Source: Rebecca billardiae RCC1528
Taxonomy: Eukaryota > Protista > Haptophyta
Assembly (NCBI GenBank): GCA_965240325.2
Contig: OZ251225.1
Span: 2,108,001-2,172,000, forward strand
Length of the DNA: 64,000 bases
Reading direction: 5' to 3'
Shown piece after piece: positions 33,901 through 46,860 of this stretch (the first letter of the stretch is position 1; each line of letters begins with the position of its first letter). The notes beneath the pieces were generated by a model. The model made no database searches. It saw only the letters and a program-made list of their open reading frames with translations, and had not been told where the DNA came from. The position numbers were made by a program, and so were the translations under genes.

Positions 33901-36900
33901 TCCGCCAAGCCCACCGCCCAGCTCGCCGCCGCCGCCGCCGCCGTCGCCGCCGCCCAGCTCGCCGCCGCCGCCGCCGCCGAGCCCGCCACCGAGCTCGCCG
34001 CCGCCGCCGCCGCCGTCGCCGCCTCCCAGCTCGCCGCCGCCGCCACCGCCAAGCCCACCGCCCAGCTCGCCGCCGCCGCCGCCGCCGTCGCCGCCGCCCA
34101 GCTCGCCGCCGCCGCCGCCGCCGAGCCCGCCACCGAGCTCGCCGCCGCCGCCGCCGCCGAGCCCGCCACCGAGCTCGCCGCCGCCGCCTCCGCCAAGCCC
34201 ACCGCCCAGCTCGCCGCCGCCGCCGCCGCCGTCGCCGCCGCCCAGCTCGCCGCCGCCGCCGCCGCCGAGCCCGCCACCGAGCTCGCCGCCGCCGCCGCCG
34301 CCGTCGCCGCCACCGAGCTCGCCGCCGCCGCCACCGCCAAGTCCGCCACCAAGCTCGCCGCCGCCGCCTCCGCCAAGCCCACCGCCCAGCTCGCCGCCGC
34401 CGCCGCCGCCGTCGCCGCCGCCCAGCTCGCCGCCGCCGCCGCCGCCGAGCCCGCCACCGAGCTCGCCGCCGCCGCCGCCGCCGAGCCCGCCACCGAGCTC
34501 GCCGCCGCCGCCGCCTCCGTCGCCGCCACCGAGCTCGCCGCCGCCGCCACCGCCAAGTCCGCCACCAAGCTCGCCGCCGCCGCCTCCGCCAAGCCCACCG
34601 CCCAGCTCGCCGCCGCCGCCGCCGCCGTCGCCGCCGCCCAGCTCGCCGCCGCCGCCGCCACCGAGCCCGCCACCGAGCTCGCCGCCGCCGCCGCCGCCGA
34701 GCCCGCCACCGAGCTCGCCGCCGCCGCCGCCTCCGTCGCCGCCGCCCAGCTCGCCGCCGCCGCCGCCGCCAAGTCCGCCACCAAGCTCGCCGCCGCCGCC
34801 TCCGCCAAGCCCACCGCCCAGCTCGCCGCCGCCGCCGCCGCCGTCGCCGCCGCCCAGCTCGCCGCCGCCGCCGCCGCCGAGCCCGCCACCGAGCTCGCCG
34901 CCGCCGCCGCCGCCGAGCCCGCCACCGAGCTCGCCGCCGCCGCCGCCGCCGTCGCCGCCTCCCAGCTCGCCGCCGCCGCCACCGCCAAGCCCACCGCCCA
35001 GCTCGCCGCCGCCGCCGCCGCCGTCGCCGCCGCCCAGCTCGCCGCCGCCGCCGCCGCCGAGCCCGCCACCGAGCTCGCCGCCGCCGCCGCCACCGAGCCC
35101 GCCACCGAGCTCGCCGCCGCCGCCGCCGCCAAGTCCGCCACCAAGCTCGCCGCCGCCGCCTCCGCCAAGCCCACCGCCCAGCTCGCCGCCGCCGCCGCCG
35201 CCGTCGCCGCCGCCCAGCTCGCCGCCGCCGCCGCCGCCGAGCCCGCCACCGAGCTCGCCGCCGCCGCCGCCACCGAGCCCGCCACCGAGCTCGCCGCCGC
35301 CGCCGCCACCGAGCCCGCCTCCGAGCTCGCCGCCGCCGCCGCCACCGAGCCCGCCACCGAGCTCGCCGCCGCCGCCGCCTCCGTCGCCGCCGCCCAGCTC
35401 GCCGCCGCCGCCGCCGCCCAGCCCGCCGCCGAGCTCGCCGCCGCCGCCGCCTCCGTCGCCGCCTCCGAGCTCGCCGCCGCCGCCGCCGCCGAGCCCGCCA
35501 CCGAGCTCGCCGCCGCCGCCTCCGTCGCCGCCTCCCAGCTCGCCGCCGCCGCCGCCGCCCAGCCCGCCGCCGAGCTCGCCGCCGCCGCCGCCTCCGTCGC
35601 CGCCTCCGAGCTCGCCGCCGCCGCCACCGCCGAGCCCGCCACCGAGCTCGCCGCCGCCGCCGCCTCCAAGCCCGCCACCGAGCTTGCCGCCGCCGCCGCC
35701 GCCAAACCCGCCACCGAGCTCGCCGCCGCCGCCTCCGTCGCCGCCACCCAGCTCGCCGCCGCCTCCGCCTCCAAGCCCATCGCCGCCCCCGCCTCCGCCG
35801 CCAAGCCCATCGCCGCCACCGCCGCCGCCACCGCCAAGTCCGCCACCAAGCCCACCGCCGCCGCCTCCGCCGAGCCCACCGCCGAGCTCGCCGCCGCCGC
35901 CGCCGCCGAGCCCGCCGCCGAGCTCGCCGCCGCCGCCGCCGCCCAGCCCGCCACCAAGCTCGCCGCCGCCGCCGCCGCCAAGCCCGCCACCGAGCTCGCC
36001 GCCGCCGCCGCCTCCGTCCCCTCCGCCTCCGTCTCCACCGCCTTCACCACCGCCGAGCCCGCCACCAAGCCCACCGCCCAGCCCCCCGCCGCCCAGTCCG
36101 CCGCCGAGCCCACCGCCGTCTCCTCCGCCCGGGCCACCGCCTTCTCCTCCGCCGCCGCCGCCACCGAGCCCGCCGCCCAGCTCGCCACCGCCGCCGCCGC
36201 CGAGTCCGCCGCCCAGCCCACCACCGAGCTCGCCGCCGCCGCCGCCGCCAAGCCCGCCACCGAGCTCGCCGCCGCCGCCGCCTCCGTCCCCTCCGCCTCC
36301 GTCTCCACCGCCTTCACCACCGCCGAGCCCGCCACCAAGCCCACCGCCCAGCCCACCGCCGCCCAGTCCGCCGCCGAGCCCACCGCCGTCTCCTCCGCCC
36401 GGGCCACCGCCTTCTCCTCCGCCGCCACCACCACCCAGCCCGCCGCCCAGCTCGCCACCGCCGCCACCGCCGAGCCCGCCACCGAGCTCGCCGCCGCCAT
36501 CTCCGAAGCCTCCTACTCCACCGCCCTCACCACCACCGAGCCCGCCGCCAAGCCCGCCGCCCAGCCCCCCGCCGCCCAGTCCGCCGCCGAGCCCACCGCC
36601 GTCTCCTCCGCCCGGGCCACCGCCTGCACCTCCGCCGCCACCGCCACCTAGCCCGCCACCCAGCCCGCCGCCGCCGAGTCTGCCGCCGAGTCCGCCGCCG
36701 TCTCCTCCGCCCAGCCCACCGCCTTCTCCGCCGCCGCCACCGCCACCCAGCCCGCCGCCCAGCTCGCCGCCGCCGCCACCACCGAGCCCGCCACCGCACG
36801 CGCCGCCATCACCACCGCCCAGCCCGCCGCCCAGCCCGCCGCCCGTCGACTGGGCGAACCAGATCGAGGAACGGGTCGTGGACCTGCTCGAGCTCGGAGT

Positions 36901-39900
36901 CCTGCCGGACCCGGACTCGGGCACGACGGACGGCGGCGGGGATGGCGGCGGGGACGCGGGCGGCGTGGACGAGACCGCCCAGGACGCCGCGTTCCGAGCC
37001 TCGCGCGTCAGCGCCGCCGTGAGCGAGTACATCGCCGTGCTCTCTGCGACGCTCGCGCCAGGCGGCACCGCGAACGCGACCGTTCCGACTTCATACGGCG
37101 AGGTGGCCATCCTGACGTACCGGCCGCCGGCGTCGGCGACTCTGTCGGACATCGAGCTCGACTCTGGGGCGGTGGAGATCGGCTCGGAGCGCGAGGTCGC
37201 CACGTACAGGTTTCCCGTGGCCGCGCAGCAGGCGATTCTGGACTCGGGCGTGCTCGGCGGCCAGACCAACGCGTCGGCCATTGGCGACCTGACGATCACG
37301 ATCGTGCACTGGGAGAACAACTTCCGCGCGTTCACGCCCGAGGGCGGGTACGCGATGGGCGGCGGGCTGGTCAGCGTGACCATGTGGTTCGACGGCAGCC
37401 CGCTCGAGATCGACCTGGCCGCGCTCGTCGCGGCCGGCGTCTCGACGCCCGTCCTCACGATCATCATCCCGACCGACGCGTCGCTGCTCGCCGAGGGCGA
37501 CGAGGTTGGCTTCGGCTGCCGCTTCTGGAGCGACGCCCTCGGCGCGTGGGACTCGGCGGGGTGCACAGAGGCGGGCGACACGCTGACCAGCCCGCTCACG
37601 TGCGAGTGCACGCACCTCACCGACTTCGTCGCCGTGTACCAGCCGATCCCGGGTGCGGCCGAGGAACCGGCCCTCGACGCGTCGGACCCGCTGCTCGAGG
37701 CTGAGGCGGCGTCGCTCGACGGCGTGCGCTTCGGGTTCAGCGGGCTGCTGGCCACGCTGATCATGCTCACGCTGTACTGGTTCATGCTGTACGTCGGCTG
37801 GCGGCGCGACCGGCACATCGAGCGCGAGCCGTACGTGCCGATGTGGAAGCGCAAGGAGGACAACAGCCTGTGCCACGCGCTCGGCGCCGCGCTGCTCGCG
37901 CGCTCGTCGCTCACGTGGTGGCTCACGCGGCTGCCCGGCCAGCTCGACACGTGCAAGCAGCGCGCCACCATCGTGTACAACTCGCTGCTCGGCGAGATGC
38001 TGCTGGTGGTCGTGGCGATCGGCATGGAGGTGCCGATCGCGCGGAGCTGGCTGTACCTCGCGCTCATCGCCGTCGGCGTCGGCGTGCCCTTCGAGCTCGC
38101 CATCCACTTCCTGTACACGTGGGCGAATCGGCGCCGCCCGCTCGCGCGGCTCAAGCACCGGCTCATCAAGAAATACGATCGCGAGCTCAAGCGCGAGTCG
38201 CTCTTCAAGCGGCTGTGCGGCTGGTGCAGCGTGCCGTTCCGGCTGAGCGCCGAGCCGCGCGCCGCGCCGCAGACAGCCTTCGTCTCGATCTCGCCGCCCG
38301 CCGACCGCGCCCACGCGGACGCCCCGGCCGCCGAGCCGCCTGCAGACGGCGCCGGCGCGAGCCGCGGGCTTGCCGGCGCGTTCGCGCGCGCGACGGGCGC
38401 TAAGTCGGTCCCGCCGCCCAAGCCGGCGCCGCCCATGGAGCCGCCGCCCTCTCCGCCCATGCCCGCCCGCACTCCGCCCGTCGAGCCGCCGCCGTCGCCG
38501 CCGTCGCCGTCCGCGCCCGGCGAGCTCTCCCGGAGCGGGTCCGTCACCGACCTCGCAGCCGCCGAGCGCGAGGCGCAGGCCGCTCGCGCGACGCAATTGG
38601 GCGTGCCCGCCGAGTGGTACGACTCGATCTTCCTGGACGACGAGGAGGCGGACGAGAAGAAGCGCGGTGGTGGCGGGATGCGCCGCGGCAGCGCCCCTTC
38701 GGCCAAGCTGTCCGACGCAGGCTCCGCCGCCATTTCCGACTCCTCCGCGCCCACTGCTTCCCTGGACGGCGCGCCACTCAAGCCGTCCGGCAAGGATGCG
38801 GGCGTGACAGTGCCGCCGGCCGTGCTGCACGCGGCGCACAAGCTGCTGTACGTGTGCCCTCCGAAGCTGGGCCTCGCGCCGCGCTCGGGCGAGGAGGTCC
38901 ACGCCTCGGGCTCGACCGACTCGGTGCACATGCCCGCCAAGGCGCTGATGGCCGTGCACGCGCGCCGCGGCGAGATGGTCGGCTTCTTCGTGCGCGTGAA
39001 CGTGGTCGACTCGACCGAGCAGGCGCGGAGGCAGTTCAAGGAGAAGCTCGCCGTGGCGCAGGGCCGGCGCGCATCGGTGTTCGACAAGATCATGGGCGTT
39101 GGGAACGCCGCCGGCCCCACGGAGCGGCGCGGGAGCGTGGCCCCCACCGGCGGCGGCACCTCCATCATCCCGTCGCGGCGCGGGAGCGCGCTCGCGCCGT
39201 CCGGCGCCGGCGGCGCGAGCTCGGCTGAGGCGAGCGCTGGCAGCGTGTGGGGCGAGCGGCCTGAGTATGCGCCGGACCTGCGCTTCGTGCAGGCGCACCT
39301 CGTGTACGAGGCGGCCGACGCGCCGTCGGACCTCATCGCCACGCGCTTCTACCGCGTCAAGCCGACCGCGGCCGCGCGGCTGGGCAAGAAGCGCAGCGCG
39401 ATGGTCCACGTCGTGCCGTTCGAGTCGCCCTTCCCCGACGGCCGGCGCATCACCACCGACGACCTCTTCTGCGAGCCGGACGTGGCGCACGCGCAGCTGC
39501 TCGCCGCGTACGCGCGCGCGCGCGAGGGCCTCGTCGCGTCCGTCCAGCCGGCCGAGTCGCCCAGCGGCGGCCTCCGCTCGCTCTTCTCGCCGCACTCGCC
39601 CATGCGCAACATGGCGTCACCCACACGCTCGCCCGTGCGCGCGCGCCGGCTGCGCGCGGCGAGCGGCTCGATCGAGACGATCGAGACGTACGCGCGCATC
39701 GACGAGCGCTCCCTGACCAAGGCGCGGCTGTGGTGGTCGAAGCCGCGCCGCTGGAAGCTCACGCTCGCGTGGAGCGTGCACATGATCCTCTACGTCGGCA
39801 TGTCCGTCGGGATGATTCTCTACTCGATGTTCAACCCGGTGCTGGTGCAAGTGACCACATGGACAGGGCCGGTCCTCAGGACGATGCTCGCGCAGCAGGT

Positions 39901-40057
39901 GATCAAGGTGGGCATGCTCGAGCCGCTGCTGCTGATGAGCGTGCCGCTCGCGCTCCACGCCGTCCGCTGCCTGCCCGAGCCAGCGCAGCGCACCGTCATC
40001 AAGTACATCTTCTCGCCGATCAAGCAATGCGCCCGCTGCTTCCGGGTCCGCGCGTGA
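30993..40057 (+). CDS. Giant PKD1-like GPS/GAIN membrane protein with Ser/Pro stalk; exons 30993-31907, 32027-32049 (23-nt micro-exon) and 32143-40057
   Basis: Signal peptide (CCAALLALGAAVAPARA-QQ), Cys-containing ectodomain, ~1380-aa Ser/Pro stalk, GPS motif CRFW...WDSAGC...CECTHLTDF, then ~5 hydrophobic TM segments (last ...QQVIKVGMLEPLL). Introns GTAAGC..GCAG and GTGAGC..GCAG are phase-consistent. Confidence 0.8.
32690..36844 (+). repeat. Coding tandem repeat with a 36-bp unit (SSPPPPPPSPPP), degenerating into SP3/SP4 repeats after ~35700
   Basis: AGCTCG recurs every 36 nt; variation is almost all synonymous. Confidence 0.95.
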
Positions 40058-43012
40058 TGCATCGTCGCATGGGCCGCCATCCGGCATAATCCTGGACAGG
40101 ACACGGGCACCTGATCCGCCTAAGTCTGCACACCGTCTCAGTCTGCATTTTATTCTCGCACACCAAGTAATTAGTTGCCAAGTAAACCGGACTGTACACA
40201 GCCTACACGGGCGGCTGACATGAGCCACACCGACCCGGCACACCGCATGAGATGAGTGACTGACACTCAGACACCGAGTCACCGACTACCGAGTACCGAT
40301 AGACTTAGACTACCGAGACAGACAGACAGGCACCGCACCGCACCAGTGGCAGTGCCTTCCGACTGACGGCTACTTGGTTACTGCTTTATGCGCTGAAGAC
40401 GATAATAACATTAATAAAGTACGACTGCGTCGTCTGTACTGCTAATTTATTAATTGGTATTTGTTTATTATATAATATGATCGGCTACGCCGATCTTCGG
40501 GTAGTAAACAACGAAGTTGAGGGCGCACGGCCCTAGCTAGTTCCGCGCGTGGCTGCGTGCGCCAGCTGCGCGCACCCGCTGCGCCCACGTTGAGCCCATG
40601 CGAGCGCCGCGCCTGCGAGCACACGCGGCGGCTCGACACAGCCGCACGGCAGTGTCGCTCGTGCGCCTGCCCGTGATCAGTCTCAGCTCTGAGGCGCGCG
40701 CTCAGGAGGGCTGCGGCCGGGCCGAGCGCGATCTGCGCAGACGGTACAGCCCGTGGTGGCTCATGGGCAGCCCGAGCCCAAAGCCCACCTCCGCCATCCG
40801 CGTCACAGCCGGCCGCTCCAGCCGAGGTCTCGCGTGCTGCGCTGCAGCCGTGCTCGGCCGAACCGGACGCCCGCCGAGCCGAAGCCGGGCACGCGGCTGA
40901 TGAGCAGTGGTAGCCAGGCGAAGCCGTCGTCGCGGGCGAAGCTGCGCTGGGTGATGCGGCTGAGCAGTCGGGATATACAGATTAGTTACAGTAAACGCCG
41001 GCGAAGCGCGCGCTCCCGGAGACCACCTCGGCCCGACACTGGCGGATCACCCGGCAGTCGTCAGCCGTCTGACGCGTAGCGCGTCGACAAATGGCTGCTG
41101 ACGGCGTAAAATCGGCCTGCGCGGCGGATGAAACGGCTGAAAGGCGAGGCCACGACGCCACCCAACTGGCGCACGCGCGTGCGGCCGGCGGTGCGGCGCA
41201 GCTCGGTCACTGCCACCGCTCCCGCGGGCTGCTCACTCACGCCGAGCGCTGTGTTTGACCACGAGACAGTGCCGTCGCCCGCGATGGCAGCTGCAAGCTG
41301 ATCGTGCGCTCGCCGCTCCCAGACGATGCAGCAGCCACGGACGTCACACACGGCACGGGGCGAGTGTGCCTCGAGCCTGCACCACATCTTCGCCCGCGGC
41401 TGCCCTCGCAAGGCGATGTAGGTCACACGCCGCGCACCGCGCGCGTGGCCGTGATGGGTCGGCACAGCCCAGTCAAAGACACGGCATCGTATCGCCCTCT
41501 GGCCGCCAGCAGCATCACCTCTGCCGTCTGCGAGCGACTCGTAGTTGCAGCAGCAGCTGCCAAGAGCTTGCCACAAAGAAACTGCGCGACGGGCGTCAGC
41601 GCCGACGCGCGTGGACGCGGGTCGGCACCGGGGCGGGGCGCGAGGGGGGAAAGAGGCACGAATGCGATGCCGACGGCCGTTGGGACCCACCGCAGCCGCG
41701 CGCACCTGCGCTGAGTCTGTCGGATTGAACGATCGTGCGGCGGCGGCCTACATGGGCAGTGGCGGCTTTCTGCGTTCGGAGCCTCGGCTGCCCGCCCGTC
41801 AATGCGCGAGCTATAAAGGCCGTACCATGGCATAGTATTAATCATGAAGGGAGATATTATGAAGATTTGTCCGCTCAAGTTTATCGTTCATATTCGTCAA
41901 GCTCTCCCGGTGAGTCCCGGACGCGCCGGTATTAAATGGGAGAGAATCAAGGGTCGTGCGTGAAGCGGTAGAAATTCTTATGCTCATGAGATTTCATCAG
42001 GCCCGTCAGGATTGCCACCCGCATTGACGTCGTATCAGTAGATGACCAAAACTATATCAGCAAGGGTAGCTTGATAACCATATGATACAAGGGCGCGCGG
42101 GAACGTCGATTCAAGCTGCCCGCGCAATACCATATCGCGTCGCTTTGATGAATCTGAGCAGTGAACAGCTATCCAGAGAATTAGTTCGATATCTCACCTT
42201 TTTATGGTCAGTTCAACACACGAATCTTGACTATCAGAAAGGTATCAGAGATGACTTCGTCTATTTGATTCCGATTTCTTCTATTACTTACTATCCAAGG
42301 ATTAAGGAGCAGTACAAACGCAATCATGAGCAGCGAAATGGGGTCTCTATGCTGCGGATTTCACACCTAAATCCGCCTACAAAAATCCCCCAAATCCTGC
42401 GCGCATCCTCTTTTTTGATTTTGCGGAGCACGTGCGCCGCCCCCCCCGGCTTTCGCTCACGCTCAGACCTTTCGGGGGGGGCGTGCGCCATAAGCAGCCC
42501 GGCCCAGCAGGTCTGACTGAGTGCCAGTGACTGAAGCGGCGGTGCCGCCGCCAGGCGCCACGGGCACGGGCCGGCTGACGGGCGCCGGACCGTGCTGGCT
42601 GGCAACGCATCAGCATGCTTATACTGCTGCTCATACTCATGGCCTGATTGAAGCTGTGACACGCCTCGACCTCGTCGTCGGACCGCAGGCTGCAGCAGGC
42701 GCAGCACTGACAGTCTTATAGACTCGGCACTGTGAGAACACCCGGCGCTGCCGGCGCACGCTCATCAATGTGATATAATATCATTTTTGATGTCGTCGCG
42801 CCTCGCCGCCTCGGCCGCCTCGCGGCCGCCGCCTGGGGCCGCTGGGGGCTCACGAAAATCACGACTATATACGACGACGACGACGATTATATATATTCAT
42901 CACTGACTTATTCAATATATATATTCTTTACGATTATTTACGAATAAGCCTGCGCTGATGAGCGTTTGCGAAGCCTGCGCCAGATCGCGTCATCGACGTA
43001 GCTTATTCGAAG

Positions 43013-44584
43013 TTACACGCCGGCCTCGCTGAGATTCCACCTCGGGCTGTCGACGCGGCTCCCGGCGGGGCGCCCGCAGAGCTTGAGTGGCACCCCGTGG
43101 TCGTGGTACCGCGCGGCCGCGTGCGCAGCGCGTGCCACCGGCCCCGCGCATGCGAGGTGCTCGGCCGCCCACGCCAGGCTGCCCTCGCACCACTCGTGCA
43201 CGAGCGAGCTGGCGCCGTCCGCGGGCAGCGGCCGCGGCTGCGCGGGGAGCAGCGGCGCGGCGCAGCTGCCCGGGCACAGCGAGGCCGGGCAGCGATGGCG
43301 CAGCGCCACGTTGGGCGGGTCTCCGCGGAAGCGCACCGCGCACTCGCGCGCATCGAAGCCCGCGCCCGCGCCCGCGCGCGCCTCGCGCAGCACGAATGGC
43401 CACGGCAGGTGCAGCCAGACGTCAGGGCAGTAAGCGAGCGCGAGCGCGCCCTCCGGCTCCCGGCGCACGCGCAGGATGTTGATCGCGCGGGACAGCGGCT
43501 CGGGCGCGTGCGCACGCTCGAAGGGCACGGGCGCGCCCCGCCTGATCTGCGCGAGCAGGGCGTCCATCAGCCCCACGCGCAGCCCGAGCGCCGCCGCGGG
43601 CACGCCCATGGTCGGCGCTACCCGCATGTTTGGATCGAGAAAGTAGGTGCGGCCTGCGCGGTCGACGCGCATGTCGACCTCGGCGAGGCCGGTGAAGCCG
43701 AGGCGTTTGACGAAGGCGGCGAAGAAGCGCGCCGCCTCGGGCAGGTTCACCGTGCGCAGCAGCACCGGCGGGCCCAGATCTCCCTCGGCGACGATGACCG
43801 CCGACCCGACGCCCGCCACCACCTCGCCGTCCACGACGGCGCCCGCGTACTCGACCTGATAGCCATCGACCCACTGCTCGAGCATGGCGGGCTGCGAGCC
43901 GTTGGCGAGGGCGCGCAGCAATCCGTCGAGCTCGGCACGCGTGCGCACGATCTGCACGCCCTTGCCGCTGCCGTCGAAGTTCGTCTTCGCGACGAGCGGC
44001 AGCTGGCGCGCGAGACGCTCGCGCGAGCCGCTGTCGAGCGCGCGCGCCTGCGAGCTCGAGAGGGGCGTGTGGCGCGCAATGCGCGCGCCGAGGTCGCCGG
44101 CGAGCTTGACCATCGCGATCTTGCTGTTGTACGCGGCCCACTTCTCCGTCGCCCGCGGCAGCGAGCACCCGAGCGTGCGCAGCACGAGCTCCTGCTCGGG
44201 CGTGCGCGCCTTGAGCTTGAGCAGCTGCCGCGCCGCGCTCTCGACGAGCTGCGCGGAGACGCGGTAGTCGGGGAGGACGAAGGCGGGGCGCCACTCGGCG
44301 ACGGAGCTTACGAGCGCGTCCTGCAGGTCGCGCTGGCCGTGCGAGGCAGCGAACTTGGCGTACCTGATCAGCGGCGGGTCGCCCACGCCCCACGCCGCGC
44401 AGCCGCTGCGACTGCACACGGTCTTGTTGGTCGGCGAGCCCGCCTGCAGGATGCCCACGTCCCAGCCCGCGGCGTGGAGGTCGGTGACCACGTGCGGGAA
44501 CCACGCGGTGTTGTACACGCCGAGCGCGAGGATGCGCGCGCCGCCGTCGAGGCGTGTCGCGTGGCACGCGAAGTCGAAGTCCAT
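43013..44584 (-). CDS. ATP-grasp fold protein
   Basis: SKIAMVKLA...LPLVAKTNFDGSGKGVQIV, MLEQWVDG, LGFTGLAEVDM, YFLDPNMR. First ATG at 44584; the 5' end is uncertain. Confidence 0.75.
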   Translation of the reverse strand: MDFDFACHATRLDGGARILALGVYNTAWFPHVVTDLHAAGWDVGILQAGSPTNKTVCSRSGCAAWGVGDPPLIRYAKFAASHGQRDLQDALVSSVAEWRPAFVLPDYRVSAQLVESAARQLLKLKARTPEQELVLRTLGCSLPRATEKWAAYNSKIAMVKLAGDLGARIARHTPLSSSQARALDSGSRERLARQLPLVAKTNFDGSGKGVQIVRTRAELDGLLRALANGSQPAMLEQWVDGYQVEYAGAVVDGEVVAGVGSAVIVAEGDLGPPVLLRTVNLPEAARFFAAFVKRLGFTGLAEVDMRVDRAGRTYFLDPNMRVAPTMGVPAAALGLRVGLMDALLAQIRRGAPVPFERAHAPEPLSRAINILRVRREPEGALALAYCPDVWLHLPWPFVLREARAGAGAGFDARECAVRFRGDPPNVALRHRCPASLCPGSCAAPLLPAQPRPLPADGASSLVHEWCEGSLAWAAEHLACAGPVARAAHAAARYHDHGVPLKLCGRPAGSRVDSPRWNLSEAGV

Positions 44585-44814
44585 CACTTCATCACCGCAC
44601 CTCCGCGACGCGTACAGGCGGGCATGCAATTTTGGTACAATACGAGATTCCCATGGTGGATTTTGATGTATCTCGCCTGCCTGAGCTGTGTGCGTCTCTT
44701 ATTCTTACAGTCCTCTCAACAATAAAAACTGTGCCCTGGCGGGCGGGGGGGGTCGGCGGGCCGTGCCAGTGCTGTCGCAATATTTCCCCAGCGGGTTCGC
44801 GCCTTTTAGCGTTT

Positions 44815-45876
44815 TTACGGGCAGGATGACGAAAGAGCATCTCCTCCTGCCGCCAGCTGAGATCGTGTGTCGCGAGGATGCCAATGTCCGCTCCGGGCAC
44901 GAGGTTCGGCGAAGGTCGCGTCGGCGTCGTGCACGGCCGCCACGCTGCGCAACAGCGCGTCCAGGTCCAAGCGTTCGTCGGCGCTCGCCGCTCCGTGCGA
45001 CAGGTCTGGCACTCGCACGTTCGGCAGTATCAGGAGCTGTTGGTGGTGCGCGCGCGCGCAGTGCGAGAGCGTGTGCCACTCGCGATCGAGGGTGGGCACG
45101 CGCTGCTCGAGCAGGCACAGGAAGCGCAGCGCATGCGTCACCGGCTTCACGACGTCGGCCTCGTCCCGCAGCGCCCGTGCCATGGTGGAGGATGGGGCGG
45201 CGATTCTGCACGCGCGACGTTTCATCTCGTCGCGGACAGTGCTAGGGTTAGTGCGCATCTGGGATCGGTGATAGCGCGCTGTCGCCTCAGTCGCCGACTC
45301 GCGAAGACGCGATTCCTGCCACGGCGGCAGACCCAGCAGGTGCGTGCAGTGCGCGTCGTACGCCGCTTTGCGCTGCCCCTCCGTCGCATTGGCCACCGTC
45401 GACGCCATGCAGGCCGGACAACGCCACCGACCGTAGCAAACGGATTTGCATGCGCCCGACCTTGCCAACCGGGGCACGCGATAGTCCGGTGTGTGGATTC
45501 CGGTTATGGTGTTCAGAAGGCCGCGCCAAATCTTGCGTCGCGTGGGATGGCGCTTCCCGCCCGCGAGACACCTCGTGATGAGGGCCTTTCCGCACCGAGC
45601 CCGACGCGCGACGGTGAATCGAGCGAGGCGGCCATCGTGCGCAGCGCTTGATGCTATGGCTCGTGCGAGCGCTCGACGTGCAAGTCGGGCGAGGACCGCC
45701 CCAGGTCGCACGATCGTGTCGACGCGCCGAGCGTACCTCCAAACGCGTCGACTTTGGCCCTCGTTCGACCTGCACGCGAGACGACGAGGGCAGCAATCGC
45801 GAATCGGGCGAAAACACCGTTCGGGAGTCCTCTCACGATGTCCGCGCCGGCGTTGGATTCGGCGCGCGCCGCCCAC
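44815..45876 (-). CDS. Hypothetical protein (uncertain)
   Basis: 353-aa ORF whose C-terminal half has globular-looking composition and a CxxxC..CxxC cluster. No family recognised. Confidence 0.25.
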   Translation of the reverse strand: MGGARRIQRRRGHRERTPERCFRPIRDCCPRRLACRSNEGQSRRVWRYARRVDTIVRPGAVLARLARRALARAIASSAAHDGRLARFTVARRARCGKALITRCLAGGKRHPTRRKIWRGLLNTITGIHTPDYRVPRLARSGACKSVCYGRWRCPACMASTVANATEGQRKAAYDAHCTHLLGLPPWQESRLRESATEATARYHRSQMRTNPSTVRDEMKRRACRIAAPSSTMARALRDEADVVKPVTHALRFLCLLEQRVPTLDREWHTLSHCARAHHQQLLILPNVRVPDLSHGAASADERLDLDALLRSVAAVHDADATFAEPRARSGHWHPRDTRSQLAAGGDALSSSCP

Positions 45877-46019
45877 GCGCTCCGCGCCAGGCGCCAGATG
45901 GTTTTCGGCCGAGCGTCCCCAGTGGGAGCTGCGAGGGCGCCCGGTAGTGAGCGAGGCGATTTTCTTTTCTTGGCGAGGCGATTTTCTTTTTCTTATCTTT
46001 TCTTATCTTTTTCCCGGGC

Positions 46020-46830
46020 ACTACAAGGGGCGGACCTACGGCCCGCCATTACCCTATGGAGAGCACACCTGCACATCACACCTTCTCCTGGCCGCCTAGG
46101 CTTGCATGACGGGCACCTGCGGCCCCAGCACTCTCCATTCGGTCGAGCTGCACCCACCCATCATGACTTCAGCCGGGTGAGTGACAATTGGAGGACTCCT
46201 CTGGGCAGCACGTGAAGCCGGCCAGCTCGGACGTGACAGTGGCCGACAGGCTCTCGACTGGCTCCCACACCCCTTTCAGCCCAGCTTGTAGCACAGCGCG
46301 CCGCTGATTTTCGGCGGAGCCTCGTGTGCTGTGCTACAGGGCATACCCAATCAGCAGGTGGGCCGCTGGCAGGCTAGGTGCATCTGGTGCACTGTGGTGG
46401 CCATTCCCCGACCACCACCCGCAGAGACGTGGCCTGCGCACTGAAACCGCACTGCTCACGCCAGGCTGTGCTGCTAGGCTGGCTGCTAGGCAGTATCAAA
46501 GGCCATCCAGCTGCAGCGCCAGGGCCCACTATACAGCTGCTACACTCCCAGCCAGCCAGCCCACAGCCTGCTCAGGGGGTGAATTTCCATCCCTGCCTGC
46601 CCTCGTGGTGGTCCAGCACCCCCGCGCAGCACCCGTCAGCCGGTTGTGCACCTGCATTCAATTTATCTGACTGACTCAGCCCACACACCCGCCCAGCTCA
46701 TACCCACCTGGTCTGTGAGGGCTATAGGTGCAGTAACAGATAGCATGCAGCAGTGGGCCTCAAACAGTGACTGAGCTGGTATAGACAGCCAAACACAAGG
46801 GTAACCAATTGTTGAGGGGACTGTAGTAAA
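46020..46830. other. Second CpG-depleted island, probably a degraded TE
   Basis: GC-rich but TG/CA-rich with few CG; no credible ORF. Confidence 0.45.
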
Positions 46831-46860
46831 CTGTATTTTTGGGCGCGCACTGGACTCAGC

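Noticed and set aside
32545-39342. 2265-aa Gly-rich minus-strand ORF
   Set aside because: Antisense shadow of the Pro-rich GPS protein, which has the recognisable domains.
40440-42720. Several 100-214 aa ORFs, e.g. 41061-41705 (-) and 42082-42516 (+)
   Set aside because: No recognisable motifs; ORFs of this size are expected by chance at this GC content.
46019-46030. CACTACAA, resembling a CACTA transposon terminus
   Set aside because: No matching TTGTAGTG end or 3-bp TSD found in the window.
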